The translations under genes were made by a program, and so were the position numbers. From Lophium mytilinum (Eukaryota): 20,000 nucleotides of DNA. This document shows, piece after piece, positions 10,896 to 20,000 of this stretch. Numbering within the stretch: the first letter of the stretch is position 1; every line of letters begins with the position of its first letter. Where the stretch lies: the NCBI GenBank assembly GCA_010093605.1, contig MU004193.1, positions 1,753,958-1,773,957 of the forward strand. Direction: 5' to 3'. Under the pieces are notes generated by a model. It had not been told where the DNA came from, did no database searches, and worked only from the letters and a program-made list of their open reading frames with translations.

Positions 10896-11865
10896 GAGTT
10901 CACTCTTCATTACTGTGTCGGCTTGCTTTTCGTGTACCCACGCATCCGTAAGGCTTTCGAGACAATGCTCTGATTCTTTAGCGAGCGTGCTCTCTCGGTG
11001 TTCCAGGGGTGCTTTGTTGGGGTACAAAGGAACGGGAGAAGTACGCCGGTTTTTGCCAGAGCGATGAGGACAGATGGAAGAATATGCTGAAGTTCACGGC
11101 TGACGTTCACGGCTGAAGTTCACCTCGTGTTCAGGCCCCGAGTCCATGAGCGTTTCATGTAGACTCGCTGTATTGAGATCTACCTTTTGCTGTTTTCGCA
11201 CATCTCGGGTCCGTCCCAGGAAAGCTTCTGGGACGACGCTCTGATTCTTCAGCGAGCGTGCTCTTTTGGGATCCAAAGCGCGCTTTCTTGGGTATCCGAG
11301 GACTGGAGGCAGTACGCCGGATTGTTGCTAGAGTAACGGGGGTTGGCCGAGGAATAGGCAGGAGTTCACCTCGCTTTCAATGGGAACGGTCGCCGTGTTG
11401 GGATCTGCCTTTTCGTTGTATCCATACATCTGTTCTTTCCAGACAATGCTCTGACTCCTCATCGAGAGTGCTTTCTTGAAGTTCCAAGGAGTTTGAATGG
11501 TACGCCGGCTTTTTGTGAGAGCCTACAGGGCTGGCCGTGGCATAGGCGGAAGTTTACCTCGCTTTCAGCGCAGATCTCCGGGTCCGGGGAGGTTTTCTGT
11601 AGACTCTCCGTGTTGGGGTCTGCCTTTTCGCTGTACCCAACATGCGTTCCAGGAAAGCTTTTGGGTCAATCCTAGAATCCTTCAGCGAGCGTGCATTCGT
11701 GGGGTTCCAAGTAATACTGCAGAAGCGCCGTGTGAGGTCTGCCTTTGCGCTGTATCCCAGATCCGCTCCAAGAAAGCTTCCAAGGCAATGCTCTGATTCT
11801 TCGACGAGCTCTGGTTCCTTATCGAGCTCTGATTTACTCGCTAGCGTAACCTCTGGGGTTCCAGG
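10896..11865. repeat. Degenerate long tandem repeat (family C), 5 copies, spacing 271, 210, 223, 119 nt
   Basis: caatgctctgattc-like anchors at 10963, 11234, 11444, 11667 and 11786; shared blocks agcgagcgtgc, gtacgccgg, agttcacctcg, tctgccttttcg and gaaagctt. Confidence 0.88.
11086..11123. repeat. 13-nt tandem triplication (gctgaagttcacg) nested in family C
   Basis: Units start at 11086, 11099 and 11112. Confidence 0.85.
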
Positions 11866-14800
11866 AAGCAAGAAGCCACGCAAAGCAAAGATCCGCCATA
11901 TCGTTCATGGGATTCAGGTGCGTCCTGTCGTCCGTACGAAGGAACACAGCCCGGCGGCTGGAGTTTAGCAGCTGATCTTCGTGGGCATTCGTCGTAAGCT
12001 AGTCGGCGAACTCTACCGCCATCCTGGAGTTGATCTCGCAGGTAGAGTACTGCAGAGTGGAGTGCTGCGTCTCTTTACGTTTAACAAGGCGAGGCACCCA
12101 CTCCTAGAGAAGTCGACCGATCTATCCCCTTGTTGGCGAAAAGGAGGAAGATTTTAGGTTGATGTTGAATGTGCAAGGTGTGGACTACTCTGCCATCGCT
12201 GAGAGATAGCAACGTTCTACTTGGCCGTCCAACTTTCCTACTCATCTCTTCAATAGGTAGATTCAGAGCGTACTCGTCAAGCTGTTCCGTGGTCACATCA
12301 GCGGGAGTAGCCAGAATGTTTTTCCTTTTGAGGGCCTTTCGCAGACAGCGCTTTCGAGTTTGATTACAGCCGCTCTATCTGGCAGCACATCTGTCAGGGA
12401 GTCGTGGCGAGGGCTAGAGCAGGCGCACGTCGTCTCTTGCACATAGCCTCACGATCATCGTCATGCATTACGTACTCGGTCTACGGCTTCTTGTTCCGCG
12501 ACAGCATGCACATCCTCAGAGCAATCAGCGCTATCGTATAATCTGCGAAGGGATTACCCCTAAGACAGCGTGCCTATGCAAATTCTAGCGGCGCTATTGC
12601 GGAGGCTTGTGGATTTTTCATTCAAGCGCGGAATGTAGCCCCTGCTGGCAGCCTCTGGCTTCTCGACTCCTCGATGCTATTTAGAGTTAGAAGATGTTAA
12701 AGAGACTCCGCGCGACATTCTCCTCGTATTGAGGTTCTCACCGGCGCTGTCCTTGGTTTCTCGTAGTGCTGTAAGCGAAAAAGTGAGCTACCGTGCCGCT
12801 GTCAAGTCGATTTCAGCTCAACGCTGTTGAATCGAAGCTGGGATAAGCGTATATACCTGGGTACATGATCTTGCCACCCACCGTTTTCCTCGCCCGTTTA
12901 CCTTACGTGTTCGTCTCCAAGACTGTAAGTGGGAAGCTCCGTCGAATTGACACTGGACCATGCGCACGTTTCTACCACCGAACGACTGGGCGCCCTGCTT
13001 TCTTCGCATGTTCAAAAACGCACACCCCTCTTCTCGACGATGACGCGCTGCCGCGGTTGCGTCGATGCTGGAAGCCCAACCTCTCGAACATCTTCCAGAT
13101 ACACGCAACCAGGTTACATGGGACACCAGGAACTGGCATTGGCGCTCAATTGGAGTGGCCTGTCAAGGTGGCGTCCTTTTCGAAAAGGATTTGAGCGAGC
13201 TCCGGCGACTTCGCCTCCGTTCGTTCCAGCGTTCTTTCCCACTTCTCACTAGCAGTGCCCCTTCTTTGAGCTCCCGTTACCGGAGAAACATGTCTATCTC
13301 ACCTTGCAAACGAGGGCGTTATCTCGTTCTTGCTCCTTGCTTCATTTTATTAAAGCATGATAGCGCTCCTCTGTTCTCATCCTATGAGAGGACTCCTTTC
13401 GGTAGTCCCTATATAGTGCGTCCCCGTTTCCATTCATCGAGCCGTCCCGAGGTTCTGCGTTGATATAGTTGCCTCCAGCGCCATCATCCCTACGGATTGA
13501 TCTTGACAGTTGTCCCCGGTTGGAACAGCCTGCCAATTTGCTCCCCTCGAGCTTGTGACGGCTGTCCTAATACCTGCCGTGACGCCGCTGCTGCCGTTGC
13601 GTCGATGCTAGACTCCGGTGCATCCCTCTAAGTCAATAATATAACGCGGGACGCTCTACACCTTCCAGACTCCACGCAGGTCTGCCGCCCACGGCAAAGT
13701 ATGCGGCTCTATTGCGAGTCATTCGCATAGCTCAATGCGCTAATGTCGCGTCGCGTTCATTCCTGCAGCTTGTCCTTACTGCAAGTGATATGTTCCAGAG
13801 CCGAGGACACGCGCTGGAGCGTGTCAAGTCAAGGTCGTGTACACGCAAAAATATTTTGAGATCGGATACACAGGAGTCAGGGAGTTGCTGTCAATGCGAG
13901 GCAAACCACCACCTTCCAACTCTTCAACCATCTCGTTTTACCTATCCGAGCCTTTTCTCTGCTCTATTTAATCGTGTGCATTGCAATATAGGTACTGCGA
14001 CCCCTTCTCAAACTCTTTATGCCCCGTTTATCTCAAGAGTAGCCCTGTTGCAAGGCGCGTACTCATTCTAATCCCCGTGAGAACTCTTCCCAAAGCTTTC
14101 CTACCGTGACCTTCTCATAACCCTATGTGAGTTTGAAGTCGCTGACTCCATTAACCCGACAGGGAGGTCTTGAGGATTATCACTCGCTGAAGATTTCTCA
14201 AACCCCTCAACGGCGGTCTTTTTGGTCTGTCGTAGGCGTCCCCGAGGCCATGAAGCTCTTAAGATGACGAGGTAAGGCTGCTGTGCCAGCGTCAAGCTAA
14301 TCTCAGTCGCACGCCTACCGGGGTGAGATGCGTATTAGTGTACCCGTAAGCTGAACCCATCCGCCTTCGCGTAGCTGTCGAGCGAAAGGCCACGTTCCTA
14401 ACCCTGGCTGCTCCTTTCCCGACTTGAGAAGTATAGTGACCTCCGCAAACCAGAGTCCACGAACCCCCAAACTTTTTATCACCATGTCTAGAGCAGCCCA
14501 GCGAGTTCATCACGGCTTTCGGGGCGTGTGGTAGAGTCAATCAAGTTCGAAGTGCACTGATACCCCCTTAAGCCGCAACTTCACGTTCGTCCGACGTCGC
14601 AAATGCAACCGCTCAGGGTTCAGGTTCAACATTCGAAGCCGCAAATTTGACGGAACGCCTCCGCTGTTACGATTTGGTGCGATGTTTTCGAACACGCTCG
14701 CAGCTTGCGACGGTATCCGCAGGCCGACTACACCTATCAGGAACTCAAATGGTCGACTGAATGTTCATCGCGGAATTCTGAATCGCTTTGCGACTGAAGA

Positions 14801-15203
14801 AGAGTGTCGTAATTCGTTGGGACATCACATTTATGCGAATGAGTACCGGAAGTCGTGCGTGGCGATCCCTTATCGAGCGTGCCGTGCTTTCTTTCCTCTC
14901 CACATTGGCGCTTCAATCTTGATCCCGCGAAACTTCTCAAGATCACTCCCTGTGATCTCTTCGTGTTTGCGTAGTCACAGATTTAAGCCTAGACCCTGCG
15001 AGGAAATCTTATCGGTTGTTATCAGCTGGGCTCTCCCTGCCATCATACTCTCGCCAGTTCGCTCTCCAGAGTAAGCCATGTCTGCTCTGATCACCGGACT
15101 ACCGCCGTCAGATCAACACTAATATGCGCGTTCATTCCCACGAAAAGGACGACTCGCATGTCATGAGCTCTTCCAAAACTCTGGTGCGCACTCTCGCCTT
15201 CGC

Positions 15204-16050
15204 CATGACAACGCAGCTGCCGTGGCGTCGATGCCGGCAAACATGCGAACCCCCTGATGCCAATCAACCATCAGCTCCGACTCGAGGCGCTGGTTCAATG
15301 TATGTCCAGGTCTACGGAATAGAGTCTGAAAACAGCTCCCCATGTTCCGGGATGCTGGCTGCAGCCAAGGCGAGTCGGCGAGTCCGTCAGTCAATGCTCT
15401 CGATCATGGCAGGTTCTACGCATCTGCCTACAATTCCGCATTGGCATGTTGCAACATGCTTCAGATTACAGTTGAAAGCTGGGAGGATATGACGCAATTC
15501 CCATTTCCCCAGAGAGCCTCGACTGATTGTCCTCACGTCAAAGCCTACGCAGCCGCTCCCAAAGATGCTTCCACCGCGAGGACCTGGTGACAGGTTACAA
15601 ACCACCGGCTGACTCTGGTCAGAAGTGTCTTTGCGTAGAGCTCTACGCAACGGCATCAAGGCCCACGCAATGGCGTCAACGTAAAAGTTCCCAAGGCCGA
15701 GATCACAAGGCTCAGGTCATTGCTGTCGCAAGTCGATGGCCTCAAGGAGCTGGTACATGGAGTTTATGCGAGCATCCCTGAAGAGGAATTCTCTAATCAG
15801 GGGTTTCAAGCGCGCTCTCATACGGCTCGAGCGGTCTGTTCACGTTAAGGTATATATCGCCGTATACGAATCGCGAGTTACGTTGCTTCGTGTACGCGAA
15901 CGCTTCACAGGCAGGTTCGCGAAGCTGGAGGAAGCGGCACGTTAGCATCCGGCGCGACGGATACTGCTTCCAAGTCTTCCACTTGAGGGTAGAGAGTAGC
16001 ACCTGAGGCAGCCTCCGGGTTCCCAGGGGTATCTGCTCGTTCCATAAGTA
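15204..16050 (+). pseudogene. Possible relic coding region of unknown family
   Basis: One frame continues through the 15342-15590 ORF to ...KVPKAEITRLRSLLSQVDGLKELVHGVYASIPEEEFSNQGF and appears to shift into GFKRALIRLERSVHVKVYIAVYESRVTLLRVRERF; scattered stops. Confidence 0.35.
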
Positions 16051-16688
16051 TTTCCAACCTCCCCTCCGCGCTTCATCCGAGCTCGACCTTACGCTGCAGC
16101 CGAACTGTAGGAGAGGCGTCTGTGGGTGTTGACTGTCCGTCTCGTCGGTGGTGTTCTGCGTTGTAGCCCAAAGGGTGGGAGAGGAGATCTAGTCTCGTCA
16201 GGGTACATATCCCCCATCTTCGAATTCAACCAGGGGAGAGGTGCGTCGGTGTGCTTCGGGATTTCGCCGTCATCGTTGGCTGCAGGTTCCCCGAAACAAC
16301 GGGATCTTGCGACTTGGGCAATGGTCTTACACAGTTGGTGGCTAAACATGTTTTCGAAACCCCGGGGATTTCTGTTCACCGATTGGTTCCCACCTCCCAC
16401 CCTGCGAGACACCGCAGTATCATCTACCCCGTGATTTCGTCCAAACAGCCGCATTGTAGACGACTTTGCTCTGAACGCAAACTATTTTCCATGCAAAACA
16501 TCACGTACACGGGAGCCTTCAGCTCCTGTTTTTGACTCCGTCCACGCTTGCAACCCAACCGTGGGAAACATCTCTGTTTGCATCAATCCTTTTCTTTTCT
16601 CTGGGAGCTTTCCTATATCTTTGAAGTATAAGCCGTAAGCCCTAGATATCTCCAGACGCACAGGACTCAAACACAGAGGGTGCACTGA

Positions 16689-17338
16689 AGCTTAGGAGAC
16701 TCCATTGGCGATACTTAAGAGGTCGCCCTTTGCCCTAGGTCGCTCATCGAGGATGAAAGGCGACGTCTAGCGGGCAATCAAATGTCCAAATTCCGGTCTA
16801 CGAGCACATGGGCTATAATTGAAAATGAGGCCTAGTTAAAGAGGTCGCAGGAGATGTCGCAGGAGATGTCGCAGGCCGCCAACCGCCTCGTATTTCAACC
16901 CGGATAGGTCCCTGCGTCTCAGAGGTAACAGCGGAGCTGCTAGATAGTAGGGGAGAGGGCGTTATGCAGCAGAAACTAGCGCTGTTAACTGCATCAAGCT
17001 GGCTATCTCATTCCTTACTTGCGTTCTGCTTTGGGCTGTCGAATATAGGGTGCTCGACACGTCTTGGGTGTGACTGAGATCGAAATGATCGCAAATTTTG
17101 GAGATAAGGACGCGGTCTCCTGGATGACAGTGGTCCTCTGAACGTTTAGACGGAGGAGACCATTCAGAAAGAGGAGAACGTTCAAACCACGATGGCCGTT
17201 CAGGATGAGGTGAGCTGCTATACCGCCGCTAATTCCATTTCAGTGCCAACCACTCCTAAGCCCATGCCGCTCAAACGCCCTTTATAGTCACAATCCTATG
17301 CCGCTCGTAACCCTAACCGTAATGACAACGGTAGCTAG
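16689..17338 (+). pseudogene. RIP-damaged coding relic running into the AT-rich block
   Basis: Frames GDT*EVALCPRSLIEDERRRLAGNQMSKFRSTSTWAIIENEA*LKRSQEMSQEMSQAANRLVFQPG* and KFWR*GRGLLDDSGPLNV*TEETIQKEENVQTT...PKPMPLKRPL*SQSY; these stops are TAA/TAG (16716, 16833, 16905, 17105, 17147, 17285). Confidence 0.5.
16844..16875. repeat. 12-nt tandem repeat gtcgcaggagat, about 2.7 copies (reads SQEM in the relic frame)
   Basis: Units start at 16844, 16856 and 16868. Confidence 0.85.
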
Positions 17339-17853
17339 TAATAATATTATTACTGGTGTCATCGGGTAATAGTAGTAAACAACGGTAGTAAACAACGGTA
17401 GTAATAAAAAGGGTTAGTTTCTAAGAGTTCTCTATATAATTTAGTATTACTAGCGTATATTTTATATAGGGACGCTAATTTAATAAGGGTTAGGCTATTT
17501 AAATATTAAATATATATATTTATTTTTATATATACTAATAATACTTAGAATATTTTAAGTAGTACTAGTATATACTATAATAGCGCTAGGCTAATACTAG
17601 ATATACTAAGTAGATATAGTCTATTTAGATTTATATAGAAGCTAAGCTATACTACTTAATAATAATTATATATTAAACCCCTTTAAAAAAATAGTTTAAT
17701 ACTTAACCTAATAAAATAGATAAATATAGTAAGTTATAGTAGTTATAGTATATAGAAGTACTATTTTATAATAAAGCGTCTATATTATTACTACTAGTAC
17801 TATTTTAACTATTAGATACCTAATATTTAACTTAGTTTCTTAATATAGCATAT

Positions 17854-18035
17854 NNNNNNNNNNNNNNNNNNNNNNNNNNNNNNNNNNNNNNNNNNNNNNN
17901 NNNNNNNNNNNNNNNNNNNNNNNNNNNNNNNNNNNNNNNNNNNNNNNNNNNNNNNNNNNNNNNNNNNNNNNNNNNNNNNNNNNNNNNNNNNNNNNNNNNN
18001 NNNNNNNNNNNNNNNNNNNNNNNNNNNNNNNNNNN
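17854..18035. other. Assembly gap (182 N)
   Basis: Run of N characters. Confidence 1.
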
Positions 18036-19144
18036 ATAGAATAGAGAAAAAATATAAAAAATATAATATTACTAAAATAATATATATATATATATAGATA
18101 CCTTAGAAAGTATTAAATATAGCTAATAGTAGATACTATAGTAATTACCCCTTATACTAGTATTTTAAATTACTACTATATATAATATATTATATCTAGA
18201 TTATCTCTAGAATATATCTAGAATATATTAAGTATCTATAGTAAGTATATAATATTTATAATAAATATCTATTCTATAAGATTATATATAGGTAATAGTA
18301 CCTTACTAGTATATTTTAGATATAATTACTAGTATAGTATATATATAGTATTAAACTAGATATAAGAGATCTTAGAAAGCTAATATAATATATACTTTAA
18401 TACTAAGGCTTACTACTCTTTAAAGGTAATAATAAAAATAACCCTTTTAAATTTCTATTCTAGCTTAGTAATATATATTTCTACTCTATATAGCTTTATT
18501 ATAAAGCTATTTAAGTTATATAAGATTCTATAAGAGAAATTCTATTAAAGTTCTATAATACCTACTTTTATACTTAGGCCTATTACTACCTAAAATAAGG
18601 AATTAGAATTAACCCTTGAAAATTTATCTATCCGCCTAAGACTAAAACCTTCAACTACTAATACTAAAAAATACTAGATGCCCAAATTTTAGAAGGGTAG
18701 AATTAGTAGAAACTTTTATATACTATAAAGACTTTAACTTAAGTTATTCTTAGTAGTATCTTAAAACCTAGATAACTATATAACTAAAAATAATAATCTA
18801 GTACTTTTAAGTTTCTATATTATTAACTAGACCCTATCTAGATAGCTAAGGGCGTTTTAAAAGGTATCTATTAGTAGTTATAAAGAAGTATAAACCCACA
18901 ATTTTTTTTTAATTTTATAGCTATACTATTAACTCCTTACTCCTTTTATAAATAACTAGCAAGCTAAATTACACTTAAACCAAGAATTTAGAATAGTTAA
19001 GCGAGTTAAGCGAGTTAAGTTCAGCCTAATTAATACCCCCCCTAATATCTTCATCTACCCACATATAGTTTCTATAGTAAAATATTAACTTTTAAAGCTT
19101 TCTAGTAAATATAAGTAATAGATATTAACTTACGGGTCTTAAAA

Positions 19145-19642
19145 CTAGTTAGAAGGGCCAGCATCTTCAGTAGAATAGAGAGTAGAAGAGTCGGAAGGGA
19201 AAAAAAAGCTAGAATAGCTATTTTTAATAGAAGCCTTCTCCTTTTCCTTAAGAGAAGTAAGGGGTTTTTTAGCAGTAGTAGTAGCAGTTAGAAGCTCTAA
19301 TTAAAGTATAAATTAGCCTAATATAAAAGGTAAAAAAGGGTTAAAAGATAAGTACTTACTTACTTCTAAATTGCGAATTTCTCTAGTATAGCATTTACCT
19401 AGAATTTACAATTAAACTTCTAAATTTATAGAAATTCTTTCTAGCGTCTTAACCCTTCTAAAAAAAAGATTAGTATACTAAAGAGTATATAAAGGGGTTT
19501 ATATTAAAGGGAAAGTTAAAAAAGTTAATAGAAAATAGTAAACTTACTCCTTTAACTTACACTCTCTAGATTTAGTTTTACTCCCCTTAGGTCTTCCACC
19601 CTTTATAGTAGATTTCTGCACTCTAAAAGCGCGAGAAATCAT
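19145..19642 (-). pseudogene. RIP-mutated intron-containing gene relic with AT-hook-like motif and short coiled coil
   Basis: Introns 19458-19547 (GTAAGT..ACTAAT..TAG) and 19297-19359 (GTAAGT..GCTAAT..TAG) join MISRAFRVQKSTIKGGRPKGSKTKSRECKLKE / RVKTLERISINLEV*L*ILGKCYTREIRNLEV / KLLTATTTAKKPLTSLKEKEKAS...; both internal stops are TAA. Confidence 0.65.
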
Positions 19643-20000
19643 TAGAATAATTACTTAAGGTAAAAGAGCTCTTATCTTTTATTATTAGAAGAAAGAGAAG
19701 AGAGTTAGATAAAGAAATAAAGAGTTATCTTAGAGTTCTTTTATATCTAATAATTCTACTAAGATAGAAAGCTCTAATTGGTAATAAAATTGGTGTTAGG
19801 TGTTAGCTAAGAGTAAGTCTAAGGCTTAGAAATATAGATTAATAATAGAGTAGATCTAGATACCTTAAGATTATAAATATTTAATAATCTATAAAGCTAA
19901 CCTCTACTTCTAGAAGATCTAGCTCTTAAGCTAAGAAAGTTAAAACTTATCTACTACCTATTTAAGTATAAAGTGCGGATAAATCGGCATATAGTATAGA

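Larger units (their letters stand above)
8628..12420 (-). pseudogene. Probable relic of a large repeat-rich protein gene (or several genes) of unknown family
   Basis: Protein-like minus-strand frames interrupted by TAA/TAG (12104, 11999, 10376, 10331, 8936) and many frameshifts; repeat copies keep peptide motifs (ESEHCL, GS[GR]NxNRYQS) with synonymous variation. Boundaries approximate. Confidence 0.5.
17335..20000. mobile_element. AT-rich block heavily mutated by RIP, probably decayed transposon or other multicopy DNA; family not identifiable by eye
   Basis: Abrupt drop in GC, strong excess of TpA and near absence of CpA/TpG, no ORF of 60 aa or more in the track. Confidence 0.85.

Noticed and set aside
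8828..12106. Premature TAG stops as A-to-I editing (UAG to UGG) targets
   Set aside because: TAA stops and many frameshifts occur in the same frames, which RIP plus neutral decay explains better.
17210..17243. Intron-like GTGAGC..GCTAAT..CAG
   Set aside because: Only 34 nt, short for an ascomycete intron, and the relic frame reads through it without splicing.
17308..17494. Telomere-like hexamers (taaccctaacc at 17308; gggttag at 17411 and 17487) at the GC/AT junction
   Set aside because: Fewer than two full units each, easily produced by RIP-driven TA enrichment, and the first reads NPNR in the relic frame.

Overview
Filamentous ascomycete genomic DNA (GT..AG introns with CTRAY-type branch sites, strong RIP signature) crossing from core genes into a RIP-degraded AT-rich block. 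1-8.3 kb holds three intact + strand genes: a 3-exon short-chain dehydrogenase/reductase (277 aa), a 2-exon membrane-anchored GH17 beta-1,3-glucanase of the BtgC type (756 aa) and a 3-exon 7TM-RGS protein of the GprK type (590 aa). 8.6-17.3 kb is GC-balanced but has no intact long ORF. It carries three families of degenerate tandem repeats (71 nt, ~90 nt, ~120-270 nt) that keep a minus-strand peptide signature, plus several protein-like frames broken by TAA/TAG at plausible Gln positions, consistent with RIP leakage. The most unusual element is the 71-nt repeat, which on the minus strand reads as chained 24-29 aa mini-ORFs joined by ATGA stop/start overlaps. 17.3-20 kb is a heavily RIP-mutated AT-rich block with a 182-N gap and a recognisable intron-containing relic gene with an AT-hook-like GRPKGSK motif. 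All alignments and translations were done by hand; no database search was possible.
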